64,000 nucleotides of DNA, taken from positions 124,001 through 188,000 of the forward strand of contig CAXHJY010001514.1 in assembly GCA_964016885.1 (NCBI GenBank), in the 5' to 3' direction. This document shows positions 28,380 to 39,370 of the stretch, in pieces. The notes under the pieces are model-generated. The model had not been told where the DNA came from, did not search any database, and saw only the letters and a list, made by a program, of their open reading frames with translations. Both the position numbers and the translations under genes were made by a program. This DNA is from Eledone cirrhosa. Lineage: Eukaryota. Each line of letters opens with the position of its first letter. The first letter of the stretch is position 1.

Positions 28380-29045
28380 CTGCTGTGCAGCTACACAGTT
28401 GCACTGTTACACATCTGTACAGCTATAAATCTACACATTTGCATAGCTACACAGCTACCCAGATACACAGCTACTTGGCTACCTAGCTATAAATCTACCC
28501 TGCTACACAGCTATAAAGTTATACAGCTACACATTTATAAAGCTACACACCTATAAAGCTACCCGCTACACAGATATACAGATACCCAGATATACAGCTA
28601 CTCAGATACCCAGCTACCCAGCTACCCAGAAATACAGCTATCCAGCTACCCAGATATACAGCTACACAGCTACCCAGATATACAGCTACACAGCTACCCA
28701 GCTGCACAGCTACCCAGATACCCAGCTACCCAGATATACAGCTACCCAGATATACAGCTACTCAGATACCCAGATACCCAGATACCCAACTACCCAGATA
28801 TACAGCTACACAGCTACCCAGCTGCACAGCTACCCAGCTGCACAGCTACCCAGCTACCCATATATACAGCTACTCAGATACCCAGATAGCCAGCTACCCA
28901 TATATACAGCTACTCAGCTACCCAAATACCCAGACACCCAGATATACAGCTACTCAGATACCCAGATATACAGCTACTCAGTTACACACCTATAAATCTA
29001 CCCAGCTACCCGGCTATCCTGATACCCAGCTACACAGCTACACAG
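28380..29045. repeat. Degenerate 8-10 bp repeat (CAGCTACC / CAGATATA)
   Basis: Direct reading. Confidence 0.85.
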
Positions 29046-29560
29046 ATAGTAAAGGAGCGTAACTGTAAAACATGTGCGACGCTCCACCAATTCTACCAAT
29101 CCGCTCACATCTTGTGTAAACTGACATTTACATATCCATATAATTGATTTTCATATATAATATAAATAAAATACAAGATAATCGTCTGCCTAAAAGTGTA
29201 TCGTCTCTGTAGTAGGGTGAGAGTGAGATATTTTGTATTCAGGTGTTGACTTGGAACAATTGAAGTTTTTAGTGAAAGGGAGGTAATTATTGTTGGCTTA
29301 GGCATGTTTAGGGTAACTATTGAGCAATGTTAAAAATGGCATTCAAAATAATATATAGTAATGGCATTTTGTGCATTGGTGTGTAATATCATATATAGCA
29401 GCATATTAGATAATATAATATCATATATAGCAGCATATTAGATAATATAATATCATATATAGCAGCATATTAGATAATATAATATTTTATTATAAAAACA
29501 AATAACGAAACGAAATTAAATTTCGCTTCGTTTGTAACTCACTTTTGTATGACTGACGCT

Positions 29561-29776
29561 TAAACAATTAAGTTAAAAATGTACATCCACATATGTATAC
29601 TGAAATACTAGTATGCATATGAATACACACACGTGTACATATGTAGATGTACCGAGCACAGTAAAGTGTCCAGTGAAAAACTCGGTACATCTACATATGT
29701 ACACGTGTGTGTATTCATATGCATACTAGTATTTCAGTATACATATGTGGATGTACATTTTTAACTTAATTGTTTA
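29561..29776. repeat. Perfect inverted repeat, 96-bp arms, 24-nt loop
   Basis: 29561-29656 is the reverse complement of 29681-29776. Confidence 0.95.
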
Positions 29777-29797
29777 TTTTATTATATATATATATAT

Positions 29798-30098
29798 AAG
29801 CTTAAAAATGGAATGAAAATAAGAAGAAAGCAAGAATGAGGAGTTTTCTTCATCAGTTGCCTACTGGAGGTCTCGGATATTTCCACGCAACAACAACAAC
29901 AATATTGAACTAAACGAACCAGACATTTTTTTTCCAATTGATGCTTTCATAAATATTTATTACCTGCCAAAATAGACAAAAAGCGTTGAAATATCCAAGA
30001 GACCCCCCCCCCCCCCCCAGTAGGTAACTGATGAGAAAACTCCCCCCCCCCCACCCCCGTTTTTGCTTTCTTCTTACTCTCATTCCATTTTTAAGCTT
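29798..30098. repeat. Imperfect inverted-repeat (MITE-like) element
   Basis: AAGCTTAAAAATGGAATG... and ...CATTCCATTTTTAAGCTT at the termini, arms about 90-110 bp. Confidence 0.8.
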
Positions 30099-30142
30099 AA
30101 CTTAATTAGCAATTATACAGCCATATTCTCCATATATTTTAT

Positions 30143-30175
<33 letters not shown>

Positions 30176-30313
30176 AGCAGAAGGGATATACAATTTGTTG
30201 GTAATTCAACAAATATAAATGTTTATAACTGATTCAGAGCACTCGACAAGTTTTCTGGAGTATAATATTCAATGATATTAAATAAATGGAAACTATATTT
30301 ATTAAACCATATT

Positions 30314-30375
30314 TATTCTATTATATATATATTTCAAGGGTACCAAATTTTGGTACGCTCTCATCAGATAAAATA
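30314..30375 (-). ncRNA. Type I minimal hammerhead ribozyme motif
   Basis: Reverse complement: TATTTTAT CTGATGA GAGCGTACCAAAATTTGGTACCCTT GAAA TATATATA TA ATAGAATA. Confidence 0.75.
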
Positions 30376-30459
30376 CGAAGTGTGTTTTATAAATTTTGAC
30401 ATAACCAAGGAAAATATACCTTAACGGTTCAAGTTTTCCTTAGGAAAACTTGAACCGTT

Positions 30460-30517
<58 letters not shown>

Positions 30518-30636
30518 AGGTGAGTTTTATTGTAGTACAATAAAGCAAGGCAAATATCGGATAAGTAGCACTCAACAGTTTATAGGACTGGTGTATAAAT
30601 AATATAAGATCAAAAGATGGTTAAAAGAGTTCCATG

Positions 30637-30707
30637 TATTTTATTATGTGCATTTCAAAAACAAATATCATCATGGGATGTTATTTGCGTTCTCATCAGA
30701 TAAAATA
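30637..30707 (-). ncRNA. Type I minimal hammerhead motif (mirror copy)
   Basis: Reverse complement of 30797-30867. Confidence 0.75.
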
Positions 30708-30796
30708 GGGAGACATGATATGAAGCTTAAAAAACACTTGCGATTTAACACTTCACTGCTCGCAAGTGTTTTTTTAAGCTTCATATCATGTCTCCC

Positions 30797-30867
30797 TATT
30801 TTATCTGATGAGAACGCAAATATCATCCCATGATGATATTTGTTTTTGAAATGCACATAATAAAATA
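30797..30867 (+). ncRNA. Type I minimal hammerhead motif
   Basis: TATTTTAT CTGATGA GAACGCAAATATCATCCCATGATGATATTTGTTTTT GAAA TGCACA TA ATAAAATA. Confidence 0.8.
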
Positions 30868-30918
30868 CATGGAACTCTTTTAACCATCTTTTGATTTTAT
30901 ATTATATATATATATATA

Positions 30919-31429
30919 TCATCATCATCATCATCATCAACGTTTAACGTCCGTGTTCCACGCTTGCATGGGTTTGGACGGGGGTAGTCCCACTTGAGGC
31001 AAGAGTGATTGTCTTGCTCGCATAGGACTGTCTGGCAGGTTTTCTACAGTTGGATGCCCTTCCTAACACCAACCACATTTACAGTGTGGGTCTGGGAGGT
31101 TTTTACCGTGTTGCCTACACGGCCACATTACAGCGTGGACTGTGTGTTTTTTTTGTCGTGACACCTACACGATCTCATTTGTTTCGGCCTGGATGGTGTG
31201 GCACCAACACAACTTTACATAGAACGGGGTGGCGTGGATAGGGTGGGGGTGGTGGGACGGGGGGTGTATTTTGTTAGAGATGCCTACTGGTTGTAGTAGG
31301 TTTTACTATGTATTTAGGTAAGGCGGGTCTTCTCTGTTACTGAGTACCGCCAAAGGTCTCGGTCCAGTGACATTGTCTTGGAGAGGTGTAAGTGTGTGAG
31401 GTCAGAGTTTATCAGCTCGTCCCAGGTTT
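30919..31429 (-). mobile_element. RTE LINE 3' end (same family as 3393-4135)
   Basis: Colinear similarity with 3393-3850 and a (GAT)n tail. Confidence 0.85.
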
Positions 31430-31724
31430 ATATATATATGTAGGAGGTGAGTTTTATTGTAGTACAATAAAGCAATGCAGATATCGGATAAGAAGCACTC
31501 TACAGTTTGTAGGACTGGAGTATACATAATATGGAGTATACATAATATAAGATCAAAACCTAAATTCCTCAAAAAATGTTTTAGTCCACTCTGACAAAAC
31601 CAATAACTTATATGGTATTTCCAAGGATAATTATAACAACCTTATCCTAAAGGAACTTAGAAAAAAGTATCGTAAAACCAACCATGAAAATTTAGAATAC
31701 ATAAACCTTGAAGCCTCTGAGATT

Positions 31725-33629
31725 ATGTCAAAACTTGGCATTGAAAAAAAGACCGAACCATTCCTCCCAAGAACTCCGAGGATAAATCTCAAGGATCACA
31801 AAAACAATTTTCGCAAGGAACTACCTGTTAGATTAATCGCCCCCTCTAAATCTGATCTGGGGGTTGTTAGTAAAGCCATCTTGGATAGAATTATCCCACA
31901 GGTTAGTTCTAATTGCTCTTCTTTGAACCTAAATTTATGGTTTGGTACTTCTGAAGTGATTGGCTGGTTCAACAAATTGGATAATAAAAACAAACTAAAA
32001 TTTATTCAATTTGATATTGCCAGCTACTATTCCTCCATTTCGCCTTCACTTCTCAATAATGCTCTATCTTTCGCACTTAAATATTCTGACATCACCACAG
32101 ATGAACTTCACATCATCCTCACCGCACGTAAAACCATCCTAGAGTTCAACAACGAATATTGGACCAGAGCCGATACCTCTAACAACTTCGACATCACAAT
32201 GGGAGCATCCGATTCATCCCAATTGACTGATTTAATTGGTATCTTTATTTTGAACTCTTTGAGTCGGAAAATTCCTCAACTTCGCGGTGGAATTTATCGT
32301 GACGATGGACTCTTTACTATCTTAAATTGCAATATAGTTTACCTTAATATTATTAAGAACAATATACGTAATCTCTTTAACCAACATAACCTAAAAATTG
32401 AATTTGATAATAGTATCAAACTAGCTAATTTCTTGGATGTATCTCTTAATCTTGACACTGGCCTATATTACCCTTACCATAAAAACAATGAGAACCTAAA
32501 TTATGTTAACTTTAAATCTAACCATCCTACCAATATCAAGAATGCTATAGTTAGTAATATTGGAAAAAGAATATCTAACATATCTTCTAATAAAAACATC
32601 TTTGATGCTAACGCCAATTACTATAATAACGCACTTTCTAAAGCTGGCTATCCAGATAAAATCAAATATAGTAAAGAAACAAATTCTAGAAAAACTTACA
32701 GTAGAATAATTAATCATGATCATTCCAATAATTTTAATAAAAGACCTAGATACAAAAACATAATCTGGTATAATGCTCCTTTCTCCATCTCTATTAATAA
32801 CAATATTCCTAAATTATTTTTTAGTGCCTTAAATAAATGCTTCCCTCCCTCACATATCTATAGTAAAATATTTAACAAACACACCATCAAATTTTCGTAT
32901 TCTACATCCTCCAATATTTCCAACATCATCTCTAAACACAACAATAAAATACTAAATACTAAATCTCTTCCTTCCAACATTGAATTTCATAATAACAGTA
33001 ATAGTACTCCCGACGTCATTGTAAACCCTAGGCTAACTTCTGTAAACCCAAATACAACGTCAAACACAACTTCGCTAAATGTTCATAATCCAACTCTAAA
33101 TCAAGAAACTATTATTCCTATTATTCATATCGCAAACAACTTCTCCAATCCAATTCCTTCTATAGATAACACTAGGTCACTCATTAATAATCTCTCTAAT
33201 TACAACTGCCGCATTAAAAATAAATGTCCTCTCAACAACCATTGTCTTGATAAAAACTTAATTTATGAATGTAAAGTTATAACTAGCACCAATTCCTTCA
33301 CCTATTTTGGCTCCACTTCCACCTCTTTTAAAGCTCGTCTCTATAATCACCATTCATCTTTCAAATACAAACTTAAAAGAACCAACACGGCTCTCTCAGA
33401 ACTCATATGGTCCTTGAAAGACAAAAACATTAAATATACCATCTTTTGGAAGAAGGTTTCTTCTGCATCCTCATACTTGAACAGCTCTCTATCTAAAATC
33501 TGTAATCTCTGCCTAAATGAAAAATTTACCATTATCTCTAATCTAGATTCTATAATAAATAGACGTACAGATTTGTTTTCTATCTGCCTGCATAAATTCC
33601 ATAGGACTTTTCACAAAGTATACAGTTAA
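31725..33629 (+). CDS. PLE reverse transcriptase with C-terminal GIY-YIG endonuclease (frame open from 31557, N-terminus lost)
   Basis: Upstream in-frame VLVHSDKTNNLY (DKG/DKT motif); PVRLIAP; FIQFDIASYYSSI; ITMGA; GIYRDDGL; NFLDV; NCRIKNKCPLNNHCL; LIYECKV..TYFGST..FKARLYNH; CNLCLNEK; CLH. Confidence 0.92.
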   Translation: MSKLGIEKKTEPFLPRTPRINLKDHKNNFRKELPVRLIAPSKSDLGVVSKAILDRIIPQVSSNCSSLNLNLWFGTSEVIGWFNKLDNKNKLKFIQFDIASYYSSISPSLLNNALSFALKYSDITTDELHIILTARKTILEFNNEYWTRADTSNNFDITMGASDSSQLTDLIGIFILNSLSRKIPQLRGGIYRDDGLFTILNCNIVYLNIIKNNIRNLFNQHNLKIEFDNSIKLANFLDVSLNLDTGLYYPYHKNNENLNYVNFKSNHPTNIKNAIVSNIGKRISNISSNKNIFDANANYYNNALSKAGYPDKIKYSKETNSRKTYSRIINHDHSNNFNKRPRYKNIIWYNAPFSISINNNIPKLFFSALNKCFPPSHIYSKIFNKHTIKFSYSTSSNISNIISKHNNKILNTKSLPSNIEFHNNSNSTPDVIVNPRLTSVNPNTTSNTTSLNVHNPTLNQETIIPIIHIANNFSNPIPSIDNTRSLINNLSNYNCRIKNKCPLNNHCLDKNLIYECKVITSTNSFTYFGSTSTSFKARLYNHHSSFKYKLKRTNTALSELIWSLKDKNIKYTIFWKKVSSASSYLNSSLSKICNLCLNEKFTIISNLDSIINRRTDLFSICLHKFHRTFHKVYS

Positions 33630-34709
33630 TATTCAATTCTTTATCAATTTAGAATCTTTTCTCAAAGGCACATATACATACACCTCTTTAAAATATACCC
33701 ATCTTCCTACCTTACTTTAAAGGGCATTATACACTCTATAATACTTGTTTACTCATTACCCTCTTTCTATCTTCACCTTGTAAAATCCTTCATAATATAT
33801 ACATTTGTTTTTTTGACGTTAGAATATTCATCCGCAATTATTATTATTTTTTCTCTCTATCATTAAAACTTTTTAATCTCAATTTCATCCTTAATTTATT
33901 ATTTTTTTCTCCCCATCAACGAACTCATTCTTAATACATATTAACTCGTTCTTCGCACATATTATCAATTCCTTCAATATACAAACTTTAACTTCACATT
34001 ATTTTTCTCAAATCCTTCTACACACAAACCTTAATAATTTTTTTTCTCTTCGTTAATTTTGAAATTGCCACAATACTTATCAACATACACCTTTTTCACG
34101 TTAGAATATTCATCCACAATTATTATTTTTTTCTCTCTATCTTCATACATAAACTCCCTCTCTTTCCTCGCAAATATTTTTCCCTTCGCTAATTTTCAAA
34201 TTCTTTTAATTTATACATTATCTTCCAACGGTTCTCAACCTCTCTATGTTAAAACAATATATCTTTTCTCAGTTATAAAAACTATCTCTTTCTCTCTATC
34301 ACCCATCTCTCCCTCTCCACCTTCACTCTCATCTCCTCCCCCCTTTTTTCATCCTTTCCACCCCACCCCCCTCCCTAAATAAAATATTTTTTCCTCGTAC
34401 ATATCTTTCCCTTCGCTAATTTTCAAATTCTTTTAATTTATACATTATCTTCCAACGGTTTTCAACCTCTCTATGTAAAACAATATATCTTCTCTCAGTT
34501 ATAAAAACTATCTCTTTCTCTCTATCACCCATCTCTTTCTCTCTATCACCCATCTCTCCCTCTCATCTCCTTCCCTTTTTCATCCTTCCCCCCCTCTCTA
34601 AATAAAATATTTTTCCCAATATCACACATCAATCTAAAACCACTTTTCACATGTTGATTTAAAACTGCACTATCCACAAGTGTTTTTTAGCCTTCATATC
34701 ATGTTCTCC

Positions 34710-34780
34710 TGTTTTATCTGATGAAAACACAAATATTATTGCATGATGATGTTTGTTTTTGAAATGCGCATAATAAAATA
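34710..34780 (+). ncRNA. Type I minimal hammerhead ribozyme with palindromic stem III (ATGCGCAT)
   Basis: TGTTTTAT CTGATGA AAACACAAATATTATTGCATGATGATGTTTGTTTTT GAAA TGCGCA TA ATAAAATA. Confidence 0.85.
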
Positions 34781-34810
34781 CATGGAACTCCTTTAACCAT
34801 CTTTTGATCT

Positions 34811-34887
<77 letters not shown>

Positions 34888-34909
34888 ATTCTATGATTGT
34901 TTATTAAAG

Positions 34910-35018
34910 GTTGAAATGACAGGCAGCAGCATCTTTGACTATATTCACCAACAGGATCATGGAGAATTGTCAGACCAATTAGGACTTTGTATTCCACAGA
35001 ACAACTGTACAACAAACA
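34910..35018 (+). CDS. trh: trh exon, PAS-A (VEMTGSSIFDYIHQQDHGELSDQLGLCIPQNNCTTN)
   Basis: Acceptor aaag, donor GTATGT, phase 0-1. Confidence 0.92.
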
Positions 35019-35067
35019 GTATGTACACCTCCTCCTTCTTCTGCTGCTTCACTCCTCCTGCTCCTTC

Positions 35068-35237
35068 TGCTGCTACTACCACCACTACTGCTACTATTAC
35101 TACTACCACCACTACTACCACCACTGCTACTACTACTACTACTACTACTGCTGCTACTACTACTACTACCACCACTACTGTTGCTACTACTACTACCACC
35201 ACTACTGCTACTACTACTACTACCACCACTACTGTTG

Positions 35238-35268
<31 letters not shown>

Positions 35269-35350
35269 AACTACCACCACTACTACTACTACCACCACTA
35301 CTGCTACTACTGCTACTGCTACTACTACCACTACTACTACTGTTGCTGCA

Positions 35351-35382
<32 letters not shown>

Positions 35383-35510
35383 CACTACTACTACCACTAC
35401 TACTACTACTTCTACTGCTACTACCACCACGACCGCCACTACTACTACTACTAACTACTACCACCACGACTACTACCACCACCACCACCACTACTGCTAT
35501 TACCACCACC

Positions 35511-35551
<41 letters not shown>

Positions 35552-35846
35552 CATCACTACTACTACTACTATTACCACTACTACTACGACTACTACCACC
35601 ACCACCACCACCACTACTACTACCACTACTGCTACTACCACTACCACCACCACTACCACTACTACCACCACCACCACCACCACTACTACTACCACTACTG
35701 CTACTACCACCACCACCACCACTACTGCTACTACCACCACCACCACCACTACTGCTACTACCACCACCACCACCACTACTGCTACTACCACCACCACCAC
35801 CACTACTACTACCACCACCACCACCACTACTACTACTACTACCACC

Positions 35847-35882
<36 letters not shown>

Positions 35883-35987
35883 GCTACTGCCACCACCACT
35901 ACTACTACTGCTACCACCACCACCACCACTACTACTACTGCTACTACCACTACTACTACTGTTACTACTGTTGCTACTGCTGCTACT
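35068..35987. repeat. (ACT/ACC)n trinucleotide repeat
   Basis: Direct reading; intronic. Confidence 0.95.
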
Positions 35988-36181
35988 CATTTTTCAGCTT
36001 AGTTGACTGGAGAAATATAAAATGAAGAACTTTGCTCAAGGACACAACGTACTACACAGTCAGGAGATCAAACCAATGACCTGGAATATTGTGCTGCCAA
36101 GAATCAAACTTAAGGCCTTAAGGTTGAGGGGCAGAAAGTAACAAATAAGCCAGCATACTCCTTCACTGAGCTCACCAGAGC

Positions 36182-37523
36182 TATGATCATAGTCACACTC
36201 TGAGCTACCCTGACTTATGATCATAGTCACACTCTGAGCTACCCTGACTTATGATCATAGTCACACTCTGAGCTACCCTGACTTATGACCATAGTCACAC
36301 TCTGAGCTACCCTGACTTATGATCATAGTCACACTCTGAGCTACCCTGACTTATGACCATAGTCACACTCTGAGCTACCCTGACTTATGACCATAGTCAC
36401 ACTCTGAGCTACTTTGACTTATGATCATAGTCACACTCTGAGCTACCCTGACTTATGATCATAGTCACACTCTGAGCTACCCTGACTTATGATCATAGTC
36501 ACACTCTGAGCTACCCTGACTTATGATCATAGTCACACTCTGAGCTACCCTGACTTATGATCATAGTCACACTTTGAGCTACCCTGACTTATGATCATAG
36601 TCACACTCTGAGCTACCCTGACTTATGACCATAGTCACACTCTGAGCTACCCTGACTTATGACCATAGTCACACTCTGAGCTACCCTGACTTATGACCAT
36701 AGTCACACTCTGAGCTACCCTGACTTATGATCATAGTCACACTCTGAGCTACTTTGACTTATGATCATAGTCACACTCTGAGCTACCCTGACTTATGACC
36801 ATAGTCACACTCTGAGCTACTTTGACTTATGATCATAGTCACACTCTGAGCTACTTTGACTTATGATCATAGTCACACTCTGAGCTACTTTGACTTATGA
36901 TCATAGTCACTCTCTGAGCTACCCTGACTTATGATCATAGTCACACTCTGAGCTACTTTGAATTATGATTATAGTCACACTCTGAGCTACCCTGACTTAT
37001 GATCATAGTCACACTCTGAGCTACCCTGACTTATGACCATAGTCACACTCTGAGCTACCCTGACTTATGACCATAGTCACACTCTGAGCTACCCTGACTT
37101 ATGACCATAGTCACACTCTGAGCTACTTTGACTTATGATCATAGTCACTCTCTGAGCTACCCTGACTTATGATCATAGTCACACTCTGAGCTACTTTGAC
37201 TTATGATCATAGTCACACTCTGAGCTACTTTGACTTATGATCAAAGTCACACTCTGAGCTACTTTGACTTATGATCATAGTCACACTCTGAGCTACTTTG
37301 ACTTATGATCATAGTCACACTCTGAGCTACTTTGACTTATGATCATAGTCACACTCTGAGCTACTTTGACTTATGATCATAGTCACACTCTGAGCTACTT
37401 TGACTTATGATCATAGTCACACTCTGAGCTACCCTGACTTATGATCATAGTCACACTCTGAGCTACCCTGACTTATGATCATAGTCACACTCCTTCACAC
37501 TTAGTTAACCTGACTTATGATCA
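36182..37523. repeat. 34-bp satellite (ATGATCATAGTCACACTCTGAGCTACCCTGACTT), about 39 copies
   Basis: Direct reading. Confidence 0.97.
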
Positions 37524-37577
37524 AAAGCATTCCAACCATGACCATCTCATCCTTTTTATTATTTATTATTTTTGCAG

Positions 37578-37667
37578 GTGGGGGTGTACCATCACCTGGC
37601 TCTAACTCTGATGAGGGTTCAAGTACAAATCATTCCCGATCAATGACACCGCCTCTTGGAGAACGCT
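37578..37667 (+). CDS. trh: trh exon, Ser/Pro-rich PAS-A insert (SGGVPSPGSNSDEGSSTNHSRSMTPPLGER)
   Basis: Acceptor tttttgcag, donor GTGAGT, phase 1-1, fits both neighbouring exons; too short to appear in the ORF track. Confidence 0.85.
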
Positions 37668-37777
37668 GTGAGTAAATTATCAAATGATGTCCCAAACCTA
37701 AACTATTTTCTATCTTCTAACGAAAAATAATGGACACACTTTAGATTGACATCACATAAGTCTTTATAAAAATTACG

Positions 37778-38366
37778 GGCTGGCCCTATGTGACTCTGTG
37801 TGACCCTGGCTTGCTCTATGTGACCCTATGTGGTCCTGGCTGGCCCTATGTGACCATATGTTGTCCTGGCTGGCCCTGTGTGGCCTTGGCTTGCTCTATG
37901 TGACCCTGTGTGGCCCTGGATGGCCCTGTGTGGCCCGGTGTGACCCTGTGTGGCTTTATGTGGCCCTGTGTGGATCGGTGTGACCCTGTGTGGCCCTATG
38001 TGGCCCTGTGTGGATCGGTGTGACCCTGGCTGGCCCTATGCGACTCTGTGTGGCCCTGTGTGACTCTGGATGGTCCTATGTGACCCTGTGTGACTCTGGC
38101 TGGCCCTATGTGACCCTGTGTGGCTCTATGTGACCCTGTGTGGCCCTGTGTGAGCTGGCTGGCCCTATGTGACCCTGTGTGGCCCTGGCTGGCCCTATGT
38201 GATCCTGTGTGGCCCTATGTGACCCTGTGTGGCCGTGTGACCCTGGCTGGCTCTATGTGACCCTGTGTGGCCATGTGACCCTGGCTGGCCTTATATGACC
38301 CTGGCTGGCCCTATGTGGCCCTGTGTGACCCTGGCTGGCCCTATATGATTCTGTGTGGCTCTATGT
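37778..38366. repeat. Degenerate 10-bp repeat (TGGCCCTRTG)
   Basis: Direct reading. Confidence 0.9.
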
Positions 38367-39254
38367 CATTGTTAAAAATGGCAGCTAATTGTAGTATTTG
38401 ATGTTCTTTATTATGATTATATTATCTATGTATTGAGTGAAGTAGACACTGGTCAGCAGGTGTTGAGTGCTCCCCATTCAAGTTAGTTCCTCTAGATGAT
38501 GGCCAGAAGGTCTGAAAGACTGCCATCAGTAGCTCTGTTGTTTGGTGCTGCTTCAATATACTAGTTTATAAAAAAAAGTACAAAACTAAGTTTTTAGTTT
38601 AATAATTTCTTTATTACAAAATGTTTTGTGGATTAAATATCTGCAACTAACATAGATAATATCTTGGTGTGTATATATATATTTATATGTATGAGTATAT
38701 AAATATATACACACATACACTCACACAAGTATAAATATATTCACGCACGCACACACACACAATAATAACCACCAATTCACTACACATATACACACCCAGG
38801 TGTAACACAGAACTCTGGTCTATAGTTTTATCATCACCCCTTCCTTCCTCAGTAATATATAAATATACACACATTTACTATTATTATAGCTTAACTTTGC
38901 CTTTCATCCTTACGGGGTCGATAAAATAAAGTACCAGTAATGCACTGGTTAAGTGCTGGCCTTGTGCCAATAGTAGAAACAATTATTAAAGGTGATCAGA
39001 ATACATTTTTAGTTGAACTTCAATCTGGCCTCTACATATTTTCATTTAACCAGTTTCATTCTTTTAATGGTTTCATTTGACTGTGCCCATACTGGAGCAC
39101 CATTGTTATATCAGACCTTTCCCAAAGGGTTTATGACCTCTTAGGAAAGGTCTGAATTACATCAACTGTAGTACTTTCATTTTAAACATTTTTATTTTAT
39201 ATGTTTGTGTGTGTTTTTTTTATATGTTATTTTTTCTAAACTGTTATTTCTTAG

Positions 39255-39364
39255 GTCAAGTTATGAACCCATCACCAAGTAAAGGGGTTACTAGGACATT
39301 TTGTGTCCGAATGAAGTCAACACTGACCAAAAGAGGGGTACACGTAAAATGTTCAGGCTACCGA
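39255..39364 (+). CDS. trh: trh exon (QVMNPSPSKGVTRTFCVRMKSTLTKRGVHVKCSGYR)
   Basis: Acceptor ttcttag, donor GTAAGT, phase 1-0; contains the RMKSTLTKRG motif of Trh/NPAS1/3. Confidence 0.95.
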
Positions 39365-39370
39365 GTAAGT

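Larger units (their letters stand above)
30599..30905. mobile_element. Fold-back copy of the PLE terminal repeat (arms ~145 bp, 16-nt loop); left arm extends to ~30515
   Basis: The arms are reverse complements of each other; the right arm matches 34675-34817 of the adjacent PLE. Confidence 0.9.
31441..34817 (+). mobile_element. Penelope-like retroelement (Naiad-like): inverted 3' terminus, 5'-truncated RT/GIY-YIG ORF, 3' UTR and hammerhead-bearing terminus, flanked by (TA)n
   Basis: 31441-31557 is an inverted terminus matching 30515-30615. The ORF follows immediately. A hammerhead lies at 34710-34780. Confidence 0.9.

Noticed and set aside
29845-30045. CTGATGA in both arms of the 29798-30098 inverted repeat as a hammerhead
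   Set aside because: No properly placed stem II, GAAA and UH with a pairing stem I
30648-30856. Mirror 61-aa ORFs on both strands
   Set aside because: By-product of the palindrome, which is ribozyme and terminal-repeat sequence
34916-36025. 369-aa ORF joining PAS sequence to poly-Thr/His/Tyr
   Set aside because: Read-through past the GTATGT donor at 35019 into an intronic trinucleotide repeat
38485-38535. AGATGATGGCCAGAAGGTCTGAAA hammerhead-like remnant
   Set aside because: Core mutated and no cleavage site or stem I; too degenerate to call
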